From assembly GCA_016218805.1 (NCBI GenBank), contig JACRCW010000140.1, positions 1 to 38,825 of the forward strand: a stretch of DNA of 38,825 bases. Direction: 5' to 3'. A program made the position numbers and the translations under genes. The stretch's first letter is position 1. Each line of letters opens with the position of its first letter. The notes beneath the pieces are model-generated. The model was not told the origin of the DNA, did no database searches, and worked only from the letters and a program-made list of their open reading frames with translations. Origin of the DNA: Deltaproteobacteria bacterium (GTDB lineage Bacteria > Myxococcota > JACRCW01). Positions 12,404 to 21,900 of the stretch are shown piece by piece.

Positions 12404-12434
12404 CCGCAATACCGCAATACCGCGGTGGCGTCAA
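12404..12434 (-). promoter_or_regulatory. Candidate TA promoter with overlapping direct-repeat operator
   Basis: Minus strand TTGACG -35 box followed by two GCGGTATT copies (CCGCAATA x2 on the plus strand, 12404-12419) immediately before the antitoxin ATG. Confidence 0.5.
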
Positions 12435-12491
12435 CCCCGGCGCCGCCCGGTTCCCCCCCGCCGGGCGGTTCCGCACCCGCGGGGCCGGAGC

Positions 12492-12527
12492 GTGACCCAC
12501 GGTTCACGCGCGTGACCCGTGGTTCAC
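12492..12527. promoter_or_regulatory. Tandem palindromic sites GTGACCC-NN-GGTTCAC
   Basis: GTGACCCACGGTTCAC at 12492 and GTGACCCGTGGTTCAC at 12512, 20-bp period, in a divergent intergenic region. Confidence 0.55.
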
Positions 12528-12636
12528 AACTCGGTGATCTGCAAACACTTTTCCGGATCCGCCGCGCCGGTGGGGTCCAACTCCGTGAACCCGGCGCAGG
12601 ACGCCTTGAACGTCCCGGCCCTCACTGGAGAACACC

Positions 12637-13656
12637 ATGTCTACCCGCCCTGTTGCGTCCCGCCTTGTCGCGCTCTTCCTGCTGGCCGGCTCCACCGCGT
12701 GCGGCGGCGCCACCGGACTGGCAGGCGCGCTCCCGTCTGATGACTCCATCAGCATCCGCGTCCCCGGCGCCTCGCAGCAGGGCCAGTCCTCCACCAGCCA
12801 GGGGCTGCTGGGCGCAGCTTCCGACTTCTACATCCACACCTACCGCATCAGCCGCTTCCTCAACGGGCACGTGGTGGGCCTGCTGGCGCACATCCGCTGG
12901 GTCACCTCCCAGCCGCCCACCACCCACCAGGGCGACACGTACGTCTGGGGCCCGCACACCCCCGGGGGGCTGGAACCGCTGACCTACCGGCTGACGGCGG
13001 AGAAACTGGGGGAGCATACGTATTCGCTGGTGCTGCACGCACGGCCCCGCAGCGCGCAGGACGAGTCCGCCTTCAAGGCCATCCTGGAGGGGACCGTGCA
13101 GGGCAGCGGCCAAGGAGACGGCCGCGGCAAGGGTGACCTGGTGCTGCACTTTGACAACGCCGCCGCCATCAACCCCGCGGTGCTGGAGCGCGGGGACATC
13201 ATCATCTCGTTCAACGCGCTGGAGGAGCCGCGCAAGGTGGGCGTGGACTTTGCCCAGTTCCAGGGCGCGGACCAGGGCGTCCCGCATGACGCCACCTACC
13301 GCTACGAAGAAGCCGCGGACCAGTCCGGCAGCTTCCTGTTCGCCGTGGAAGGCAACGTCAACCGCGCTGATGAGAACCGCGCCGCCCTGGAGGTGCTCAC
13401 GCTGCGCTCGCGCTGGCTGAGCAGTGGCGCCGGCCGCGGCGACGTCACCATCACCGGCGGCGACGTGGAAGCCCAGCTGGGTGAGGCGGGCATGAACGGC
13501 AGCAGCGTCCAGGCCACCGAGTGCTGGGGAGAGGACTTCACCGTGGTGTTCCAGGACACGCTCCCCGAGCAGCTGCGCGAACACATCCGCCCGCTGCAGG
13601 GTGACCCCGCACTCTGCGCCGTGACCCAGGCGTCCTTCCCCGACCCGAACATGTGA
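12637..13656 (+). CDS. Lipoprotein of unknown function (beta-rich)
   Basis: GGAG RBS, signal peptide ending LAGSTA-C, GC3-biased codons, C-terminal Cys pair (TECW..ALC). Confidence 0.8.
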   Translation: MSTRPVASRLVALFLLAGSTACGGATGLAGALPSDDSISIRVPGASQQGQSSTSQGLLGAASDFYIHTYRISRFLNGHVVGLLAHIRWVTSQPPTTHQGDTYVWGPHTPGGLEPLTYRLTAEKLGEHTYSLVLHARPRSAQDESAFKAILEGTVQGSGQGDGRGKGDLVLHFDNAAAINPAVLERGDIIISFNALEEPRKVGVDFAQFQGADQGVPHDATYRYEEAADQSGSFLFAVEGNVNRADENRAALEVLTLRSRWLSSGAGRGDVTITGGDVEAQLGEAGMNGSSVQATECWGEDFTVVFQDTLPEQLREHIRPLQGDPALCAVTQASFPDPNM

Positions 13657-13679
13657 ACCGGTGGTTTTGTCGACGACAC

Positions 13680-13709
13680 GGAGGGCCCTGCTGCAAGGCG
13701 GGGCCTTTC
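13680..13709. terminator. Probable terminator hairpin between convergent genes
   Basis: GGAGGGCCCTGC-tgcaag-GCGGGGCCTTTC, a 12-bp stem including G-U pairs with a GCAA-containing loop. Confidence 0.5.
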
Positions 13710-13723
13710 GCGTTCTTACGACC

Positions 13724-15055
13724 TCAGGGACACGCCGGCGGCGCGGCACAGCGCGCGCCACCACCTCCCGCATTCGGCGCGCAGTGCCCGCTCTCGCACT
13801 CGGTGTCATTGCGGCAGGACGTCCCGTTGGCCAACGGCAATTCGCAGCTACCCGTCCGCCACGTCCCGCTCGCGGCGTCAAACCCGCCGCCCTGGCATGG
13901 CCCTGACTCACACGCCGACGCGTAGTGGCACGCCCCGGAACGCTCCACTTTCGTGCGGCATTCGCAGCTGGTGTACGTGGTCTCCCCCGCCACCACCGTG
14001 ATGGTGACCTCGGGGTAGACAGTGTCCGTCATCAGCTCGCACAGGATCTCCTGCTCCCGGTAGGTCACGCATGGACTCCCCGCGCCCGGCAGCGCCGTCA
14101 CCACCCCGCACGTTCCCGTCGCCGCCGTGGCCGCCGCAAACACGCACACGTTCCGGCATTGCACGGCCTCCGCCTCCCGCGTGCAGGACGCGCCATCCGG
14201 CTGCCGCACCGTGCACGTCCCCGTCGTCGCCGTAGAAGACGCGCGCACGCACTGCAGGCCCTGCGTACACCGCCGCGGGTTGGGCTCCGTCGGCAGGTCG
14301 CACACGCCGCCCGGGCCCACGCGCTCCTGGCACGTGGATGACGCCGGGGGCCCCGCGCACACCAGGTTGCCCAGGCATTCGTCCGTCCGGTGGCAGGGCT
14401 GGCCCTTCAACTTGAACGCCGGTGCCGCGCACGTCCCGTCCGTCCCATCCGTGCCACCCGTGCAGAAACCGCTGGCGCACTGCCCGGACGCGCTGCAGTT
14501 CTGCGTGTCGGCGAGCAGCGCCTTGCACACCGTGCACTGCGGGTCGGGCGATGTCGCGCTCTGCTCGCAATATGACGCGGCGTCCGTGCACAGCGCAATG
14601 TCATCCAGCGGGCTGTCATTGCACAGCGCCCCATCGGGCACCGGCGCCGTCACCACCAGCGCGGCTTCGCAGTCCGCATCGCGCGGTTGCAGGTCGTCGC
14701 AACTGCGCGCGGTGAGGTTGTCCAGGCAGGCGCGCGCGCGCGGCTCGGCAAACGTGTAATGCGCGGCCCAATACGCGTAGAGGTCCTGCCCGTACGCCGC
14801 CTGGAAGAACTGTTCGTTCTGCGTGAGGCTGGCCGTGCACTCGGCCAGGCTGCTCCACAAGCGCCCGCGCGTGATCGCGCAGCGTTCCTCGTACGCGCAA
14901 CCCGTTTCATTGAGCCCGGCAAAGAAGGTTTGGAGGGTGAGCGGCGGCGGGCCCGCGTCCGGCGTGCCGCTGCTGCTGCTGCTGCCGGTCCCCGGCGTCC
15001 CTCCGCTGCACGCCACCAGCACCGGCGCCCACAACCCCCAGCCGAGCTTGCGCAT
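13724..15055 (-). CDS. Cysteine-rich repeat lipoprotein
   Basis: GGAGGAG RBS; lipobox LVA-C; Ser/Gly linker; repeated GxxC...C...C...GTC modules. Confidence 0.8.
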   Translation of the reverse strand: MRKLGWGLWAPVLVACSGGTPGTGSSSSSGTPDAGPPPLTLQTFFAGLNETGCAYEERCAITRGRLWSSLAECTASLTQNEQFFQAAYGQDLYAYWAAHYTFAEPRARACLDNLTARSCDDLQPRDADCEAALVVTAPVPDGALCNDSPLDDIALCTDAASYCEQSATSPDPQCTVCKALLADTQNCSASGQCASGFCTGGTDGTDGTCAAPAFKLKGQPCHRTDECLGNLVCAGPPASSTCQERVGPGGVCDLPTEPNPRRCTQGLQCVRASSTATTGTCTVRQPDGASCTREAEAVQCRNVCVFAAATAATGTCGVVTALPGAGSPCVTYREQEILCELMTDTVYPEVTITVVAGETTYTSCECRTKVERSGACHYASACESGPCQGGGFDAASGTWRTGSCELPLANGTSCRNDTECESGHCAPNAGGGGARCAAPPACP

Positions 15056-15172
15056 TCGCACTCCTCCGTCGTGACGTCGAGCTGCGGGTACCATGCGCGC
15101 GGTTCTGCTTCAAACCGCTTGATCTTGCGCGCACCGCGCTCCATGAAGCGCGGCCACCACGCGGGAGGAGCC

Positions 15173-15748
15173 TTGCACCAGACACCCATTGATACCGGCT
15201 GGGTTGAGGTCATCTGCGGCCCCATGTTCTCCGGCAAGACGGAGGAGCTCATCCGCCGCCTGCGCCGCGCCGAGCTTGCCCGCCAGAAGGTGCAGTCCTT
15301 CAAGCCGTCCCGTGACAACCGTTATGACGCCACGCAGATTGTCAGCCACAGCCAGCAGCGCCGGGATGGGCACGCCGTGGAGAGCTCCGCGGACCTGCGC
15401 GCCGCGGTCCTGCCGGACGTGCAGGTGATTGGGATTGACGAAGTGCAGTTCTTTGACGCGGGCATTGTGGAGGTGGTGGACACGCTGGCCACGCAGGGCA
15501 AGCGCGTGCTGGTGGCGGGGCTGGACCAGGACTACCTGGGGCGCCCGTTTGAACCCATGCCGCAGCTGCTGGCCATTGCGGAGTACATCACCAAGACGCT
15601 GGCCATCTGCATGGTGTGCGGCAACCCCGCGGGCCGGTCACAGCGGCTGGTGCAGACGGGGGACCGCGTGCTGGTGGGCAGCCATGACAGCTACGAAGCG
15701 CGCTGCCGCAAGTGCTACGACCCCGCCGCCGGCAAGGAGACGCCATGA
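15173..15748 (+). CDS. tdk: Thymidine kinase
   Basis: GWVEVICGPMFSGKTEELIRR, IGIDEVQFF, AGLDQDY..PF, Zn ligands CMVC and RCRKC. TTG start after GGAGGAG. Confidence 0.95.
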   Translation: MHQTPIDTGWVEVICGPMFSGKTEELIRRLRRAELARQKVQSFKPSRDNRYDATQIVSHSQQRRDGHAVESSADLRAAVLPDVQVIGIDEVQFFDAGIVEVVDTLATQGKRVLVAGLDQDYLGRPFEPMPQLLAIAEYITKTLAICMVCGNPAGRSQRLVQTGDRVLVGSHDSYEARCRKCYDPAAGKETP

Positions 15749-16581
15749 CCCGCGCCCACGAGAACGCCCTGCCCGACGCCACCTACCGCGCGCTGTCCGG
15801 CCGTGACCCCGAGATCACCCACCGCTACGGTGACAACTTCCACATCCTGGCGGACCCCTTCCTCCTGTCCCACCTGGGGCGCCTGTGCGCGCGCGAAACC
15901 ACGCAGCCCTCCATCAACAGCCTGGTGAAGGACCTCTACCGCTACCTGGTCAAGGCCGTGCTCAACGCGGAGTTCCCGCGCACCAGCACGCGCATTGCCA
16001 CGCGCATGGCGGACATCACCCCGGCGGGCCACTGGGAGGGCCAGGTCATTGACCCGCACACGCTCACCGTCACGGTGAACATTGCCCGCGCGGGCACACT
16101 CCCCAGCCAGGTCTGTTACGACTTCCTCAACAAGACCATGGAACCCCAGCAGGTGCGCCAGGACCACTTCATCATGGCGCGCGAGACCGACGAGAAGGGC
16201 CGCGTCATTGGCACCAACATCTCCGGCTCCAAGATTGGCGGCCCGGTGGATGACGCCATGGTCCTGTTCCCGGACCCCATGGGCGCCACCGGTGGGTCCC
16301 TGAGCCACGCCATCAGCGTCTACAAGAAGACCCACGGCAAGGCGCGCCGCTACATCTGCCTGAACCTCATTGTCACACCGGAGTACCTGCGCCGCATCAA
16401 GGCGGACCACCCGGACGTGGTGGTGTACGCGGTGCGGCTGGACCGCGGCGCGTCCCCCGCGGACGTGCTTGGCACCGTGCCGGGCACCCACTGGGACCGT
16501 GAGAGCGGGCTTACGGACAAGCAGTACATCGTGCCGGGCGGAGGCGGGTTCGGCGAGATCATGAACAACGCGTACGTCTGA
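15745..16581 (+). CDS. upp: Uracil phosphoribosyltransferase-family protein
   Basis: IARAG, PRPP loop FPDPMGATGGS, C-terminal LTDKQYIVPGGGGFGE. ATGA overlap with tdk. Confidence 0.8.
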   Translation: MTRAHENALPDATYRALSGRDPEITHRYGDNFHILADPFLLSHLGRLCARETTQPSINSLVKDLYRYLVKAVLNAEFPRTSTRIATRMADITPAGHWEGQVIDPHTLTVTVNIARAGTLPSQVCYDFLNKTMEPQQVRQDHFIMARETDEKGRVIGTNISGSKIGGPVDDAMVLFPDPMGATGGSLSHAISVYKKTHGKARRYICLNLIVTPEYLRRIKADHPDVVVYAVRLDRGASPADVLGTVPGTHWDRESGLTDKQYIVPGGGGFGEIMNNAYV

Positions 16582-16618
16582 TTCCACGTCGTCACCCCCT
16601 GCAGGAGCAGCGCGCCAC

Positions 16619-17182
16619 ATGAACGCACAGAAGTCGCCAAAGGCCAGGAAGTTCCAGGACGGGGCTGAGATCTCCATCATGCTGTCCCCCGCGGAGCTGG
16701 AGCGCCGCATCAAGGAGATGGGCCGCGAACTCAGCGAGGACTACCGCGAGGGCGACCTGGTGCTGGTCAGCGTCCTCAAGGGCAGCTTCATCTTTGCGGC
16801 GGACCTGTGCCGCTCCATTGAGGTGCCCCACTCCATCGACTTCCTCGCCTGCAGCTCGTACCACAATGACGTGGTCAGCTCCGGCGAGGTGCAGCTGACC
16901 CATGACCTGTCCGCGCCCGTGTCCGGCAAGGACGTGGTCATTGTCGAGGACATTGTGGACACCGGGCTGACGCTCTCCTACCTGGTGGAGCTGCTCAAGA
17001 GCCGCCACCCGCGCAGCGTGAAGGTGGCAGCACTGCTGGACAAGCCGTCCAACCGCCGCAAGCAGGTGCAGGTGGACTACGTGGGCTTCACCATACCCAA
17101 CCGGTTCGTCATCGGGTTCGGGCTGGATTACGCGGGCAAGTACCGCAACCTTCCCTACATCGGCGTGCTGGAGAAGGCCTGA
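16619..17182 (+). CDS. hpt: Hypoxanthine phosphoribosyltransferase
   Basis: VLKGSFIFAADL, SSY, IVEDIVDTGLTL, LLDKP, FVIGFGLDYAGKYRNLPYIG. Confidence 0.95.
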   Translation: MNAQKSPKARKFQDGAEISIMLSPAELERRIKEMGRELSEDYREGDLVLVSVLKGSFIFAADLCRSIEVPHSIDFLACSSYHNDVVSSGEVQLTHDLSAPVSGKDVVIVEDIVDTGLTLSYLVELLKSRHPRSVKVAALLDKPSNRRKQVQVDYVGFTIPNRFVIGFGLDYAGKYRNLPYIGVLEKA

Positions 17183-17271
17183 CCGCCCCACGACGGACGC
17201 AGAGTTGCCCCCCCGGGCGCGGGCCGGCTAGCGTCGCCGCCGCCGTGCCATGTCATGCCCGAGGAGGACCG

Positions 17272-18819
17272 ATGCGCATCGGAAACACGCGCGCCCTGGT
17301 GCTCGCCCTTGTCTTCGCCGCGCCCCTGGCGCGCGCTGCCGAGGCCACCGACGTCCTGGACGCCATTGACGGTGACGATTACTTCGACGCCAACGCGGAA
17401 CTCAGCTACCGGGCCCACACCAAGACCGCCAAGATCACCCGTGAGGACATCCGCGCTGGCAAGCCCGTGGAGGTCACTGAGTTCCAGACCTTTGAGCACA
17501 GCCACCAGGTCATCCCGCGCATCCGCATTGGCGTGTTCCAGGACATTGAGATCTTTGCCCAGCTCCCGCTGACGGCGTGGGAACAGCGCATGGGGTGGTT
17601 CCACCCGCGCAACGGCAACACCGCGGAGGACCCCAACAAGAAGGGCTACTCCACCTTCCTCCGGGACATGTGCACCTACGGGCAGGCGTCAGACGGGACC
17701 AACGCCAACGGCGCCGGTGTCCGCCCCGCCGAATGCGACACGCAGGGCTACCCGGCCACCGAGCGCGCCACGCTGTCCGGCAACGAGGGCAGCTGGCCGG
17801 TCAACCACGAGTATTCGCCCATTGAGAAGGACGGGAAGCTCCAGCCGCGCGGCGGCGATTACACCGGGCGGGACACGGACTGGGCCATTGACCCCAACCG
17901 CGAGAACTTCAACCCGCAGTTCAACAGCGTGCGCGGTGCGGTGGCGTATTCGCTCACGGATGGGTTCTTCCTGTTCCCCAAGGGCATTGGTGATGCCGAG
18001 GTGGGCCTGGCATTCAGCCCGTACACCATTGGCCGCTTCAACGACGAGCGCGACAGCGCGATGCCCACCATGCGCGTGGAGGTGAAGTACCAGCTGCCCA
18101 CCGGCTACATTGACACGCCGGGACCGGGCTGCCAGCGCATCATTGACGGCAAGTGCGTCAACGGGAAGTTCCCCACCAAGCGCGAACAGCTGAAGTTTGT
18201 GGACGCCAACAAGTTTGACCCGGGCGGCGTGGGCAGCGGGTTGCACCGGTTCTCCGCGGGTATTGCCATGAGCAAACGCTTCAAGCTCATGGACCCGTAC
18301 ATGGGTATCCGTTACACGCTGGGCGTTCCGCAGGGGTATCCCAACATTGCGCCGGAGCGGGATTGGAAGGACTTTGCGTTCTGGTCCAACGTGGTCAACA
18401 TGCAGGCCGGCGTGGAGTTTGCGCCGCTGTACGCGTTCCCGGACCTGGAGAAGACCGTCAACTTCCGCATCATCACGGGGCTCAACGCGGATTATGTGGC
18501 GCGGCACCGCGGGCCTTCAGAGATGAGTGACGCGCTGCACAAGTGGACCATGGTGGACCATTACGTGGCGGTGCTGGGGCGCTTGGGCCTGGTGCTGAGC
18601 GTGCCATTTGTGACGCTGCGCGGCCTGCTGGAGGTGGGCCATGAGACGCCGCACTTCCTGACGGGTGAAGTGGCCGGCCGCGACCCCGACGGTGACGGCA
18701 TCTCCCAGAAGGAGATCAACGTGCACTACAACGCGGTGCTGGACACCCCGGGCCGCCGCGTGAAGGTCACCGAAACGCTGGTGGCCAACGGGATGATGAC
18801 GCTGGCCATCACGTTCTGA
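17272..18819 (+). CDS. Exported protein, probable outer-membrane beta-barrel
   Basis: GAGGAGG RBS; Sec signal ending ARA-A; many amphipathic beta strands; C-terminal Phe (TLAITF). Confidence 0.7.
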   Translation: MRIGNTRALVLALVFAAPLARAAEATDVLDAIDGDDYFDANAELSYRAHTKTAKITREDIRAGKPVEVTEFQTFEHSHQVIPRIRIGVFQDIEIFAQLPLTAWEQRMGWFHPRNGNTAEDPNKKGYSTFLRDMCTYGQASDGTNANGAGVRPAECDTQGYPATERATLSGNEGSWPVNHEYSPIEKDGKLQPRGGDYTGRDTDWAIDPNRENFNPQFNSVRGAVAYSLTDGFFLFPKGIGDAEVGLAFSPYTIGRFNDERDSAMPTMRVEVKYQLPTGYIDTPGPGCQRIIDGKCVNGKFPTKREQLKFVDANKFDPGGVGSGLHRFSAGIAMSKRFKLMDPYMGIRYTLGVPQGYPNIAPERDWKDFAFWSNVVNMQAGVEFAPLYAFPDLEKTVNFRIITGLNADYVARHRGPSEMSDALHKWTMVDHYVAVLGRLGLVLSVPFVTLRGLLEVGHETPHFLTGEVAGRDPDGDGISQKEINVHYNAVLDTPGRRVKVTETLVANGMMTLAITF

Positions 18820-18892
18820 CCAGCCCTGGGCGTACGTGCACACGCGGTGCGGTGGATCGGCATGCGTTGGTGGAGCGGTCACCGCGGGACGT

Positions 18893-18917
18893 GGCTCGGC
18901 AGGAGCCTCGCCCTCCC
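18893..18917. repeat. REP-like extragenic element (single copy)
   Basis: GGCTCGGCAGGAGCCTCGCCCTCCC, with internal hairpin GGCTC..GAGCC, between convergent genes. I recognise it from memory as a dispersed repeat in GC-rich bacteria; not verified. Confidence 0.5.
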
Positions 18918-18989
18918 AGGTGGCCTCCTCCCAGGTGGTCCGGTTCCAAATGGCCCGGTTTTTCCGGTAACGGCCCGCTTCGCCGCGGG

Positions 18990-21900
18990 TCAGAAGTCGT
19001 GACGGCTGAAGGCCTGGAACACGCGGCGGATGTCGTTGGCCTGCCCTGGGACCGGGCGGTTGATGAGGTCCCACAGCCGGATGGGCCCCTGCACCGGGCC
19101 AACGCTGGACACCGGCACATCCCCCACCAGAAGGCGCGGGCCCGTCACCAGGCCCTGCTGGCCGCCCTGACGCAGGCCAGGCGGGTCGTACGCGCCGTTG
19201 CCGTCCACGTCCACAAACACCGGGTTGGTCAGCGCGTAGGGATGCACGGGGAAGGTCAACTTGGGTTTGAGGTTGCCCCACGGGTCCGCGCCCAGCCCAA
19301 ACGACCCGCCAATGGCCTTGATGGCGTCGTTGATGAGCAATGAGGGCTCGTCCGCGGTGGTGACCACGGGGAACAGGCTGTCACCGCCGTCCACCTCCAC
19401 GTTGATGAACGTGTCGCGCGTGACCGGCACATCAAACTGGTAGGGGAACACGCGCGTGTCCGCCGGGATGGTCAGGCGGGACACCACGTCCCCGCCTTCG
19501 TAGACAATCACCTCGTGCGGATGGATCCAGGACGCCATGCGGACCTCACCGGACACGCGCACGGTGCCGGCGGCGGCGGGAACCAGGCCGCCCATGCCCA
19601 CCCCTTCCACGGCCACCGTCACAAACGGCCCGTTGGTCATCAGCACGTCGTGGCTGCGGATGCCGTCCACCATCTCGTCCGCGGTGAAGCGCGCCGGCAC
19701 ATCCCGCGCACTGCGCACGTAGGAGCGCGGGTAGCCCGCCTCATCAAACACCGGCTTGTGGCTGTCTGAATTGGCAATGCCCGTCTGCAGGTTGCCCAGC
19801 CGCAGCAACTGGAACCAGTCATCCACGGCGCCGGGGAACGCAATGTCCCCGCTGCCATCCCGCAGGACGCTGCCGGGCGGGGGGATGGTGATGTCCGTGG
19901 GCAGCGGCGGCGGCGGCAGCGGGTCCGGCACGCGGTAGTTGTGCACAAACTCAAAGTGCTTGCCGTTGAACACTTCCCACGCATCAAAATCCAGCGAGAA
20001 ATTCTCCTTGGCAAAGTTGGGATACTGCTCCGGGTTCACCCCGAACAGCAGGTTGTTCTGCCCCTCCGCAACGCCGGTGTCCTGGTTCCACCCAAAGTTG
20101 TTGAGGTAGCCCAGGATCGTGTCGCGCGGGTGATTCACCTGCACAATGGTGCGGTCAGCGCCCAGCAGGCCCAGGCCGCGCAGCGCGGCAAACAGCTCGT
20201 CCGGCGTCTTGGAGGACCATTCAAAGCTGCCGTGCGTGGCCGGGCCCACTTCGTAACGCAGTGGGAAACCGTTGAAGTGCCCCATCTCCAGAGTGGTCAG
20301 CTCCAGCCCCACGAACGACTGCAGCCACTCCGTGAGCCCCAACCGCGCAACCACCGGGGCAAAGTCCATCACGTAGTTGTGGTCCGTGGACACCATCACG
20401 TCCACGCCCTCAGCGGCGTAACTGATGACGCGCGGCTCCTCCGCGCAGGAGGAGTCAATGCTCTTCACCGAGTGGACGTGGAAATCCGCGCTGGTGTAGC
20501 CGCTGGTGTCCACGGTCCGGGCCAGCACCGCGGAGACCTCCGCGGACCCGCCGGGCGTGATGGTCACCGTCTGCACGTGGGTGTCGTATTCAATGCCGCG
20601 GGAGACGTGGACCTCGTAGGTGCCGGGGCGCACGGTGGCGCTGACCGCGCCGTGTGCGGTGAACAGCACCTCTTCCACAAAGCGCCGCGTGGCCGCGTTG
20701 GACGTGTCCGGGACCATGTCCGTGTTGCGCCACTCCTCGCCGATGGAGAGGTTGAACAGGAACTGCTTCGGGTCGCGCCCGGACTGGTCCGCCGCGTAGC
20801 TGCCCACCAGGGTGACCTTGGAGGGCAGCGGCGCGCCCTTCTCGTCCCGCACCACCACGGACAGGTGCCCGGTGGGCTGCGCCAGCAGGTCCACGCCGGT
20901 GTATCCGCCCGTGGCCACGTCAATGGACTGCGGCACGCTGATGTCCCGCCCGTCCGCCTTCACCAGCACGCGCCAGCTGCCGGGGGTGAGCGGCATGGAG
21001 AACGCGCCGCCCTCGCGCGTGGTGGCCTGGCAGATGGGCTGGCCCTCCGCATCCAGGGCAATCACCCACGCGCCCTTCACCGGCGCGCGCGTCACGGTAT
21101 CCAGCACGCGCCCGGCCAGGGTGCCGTGCGGCGTGGCGCGCAGGCGGAACACCTCTTCGGCCACGCTGGCCACATCGCCGTTGCCCACGGTGAAATAGCG
21201 CGTGGCGGTGAACTCTTCCCCCGCGCGCAGCTTCTTGGGGCCCTGTGAATGAAACACCCCGGTGAACGAACTGGCCGTGAACGGCACCAGCAGCGCGCCA
21301 TTGCGCGCGCGCCCCGGGTACTTGTCCGCCTTGTCCATGACAAAGTTGGGATGCGGGGCCGTGGGGCTTTCCCGCTGCGCCAGCGGCGCAAACACGCCGT
21401 AGCTGACCCATTCATTCACGCTGGCCAGGTAGTCCACAATGATGCCGGGCAACGCGGGCAGCTGCGTGTTCTCCGCGTAGTGCTGTTCCAGGCGGTAGCG
21501 CAGGTCAAAGCCGCCGTCCCCGGGGGCAAACACCTTGTTGCCGGCGCCAAACAGGACAACGTCCCCCAATGGGATGTCCAGCTTGATGTCCCCAAAACCG
21601 GGCGGTGATTTGCCAATGAGCTGGATGGGCGCGGGCGCATCCGCCGGGTTGATGATCCGCGTGCTGATCTCCACGGTGCGCCCGGTGGGCGGCAGGCGGT
21701 AGGTGGTCTCAAAGAAGAAGAACGCGCCCACGTCCTGCCCGCTGTCCACCACCAGAGCGTTGTTGAGCGTGTCCGTCAGCGCCAGGAAGTCATTGGACCG
21801 GCCACGGACCACCACTTCCGCGCTGCCGGAGGGGCCCGGGCGGGCCTCCATGGCGGGCAGGTCCTCGCCGTTGATGGTGACGTCCTCCGGCTCCATGGCC

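Noticed and set aside
11712..12434. TA pair as part of a mobile element
   Set aside because: No integrase, transposase, att-like repeats or obvious compositional shift.
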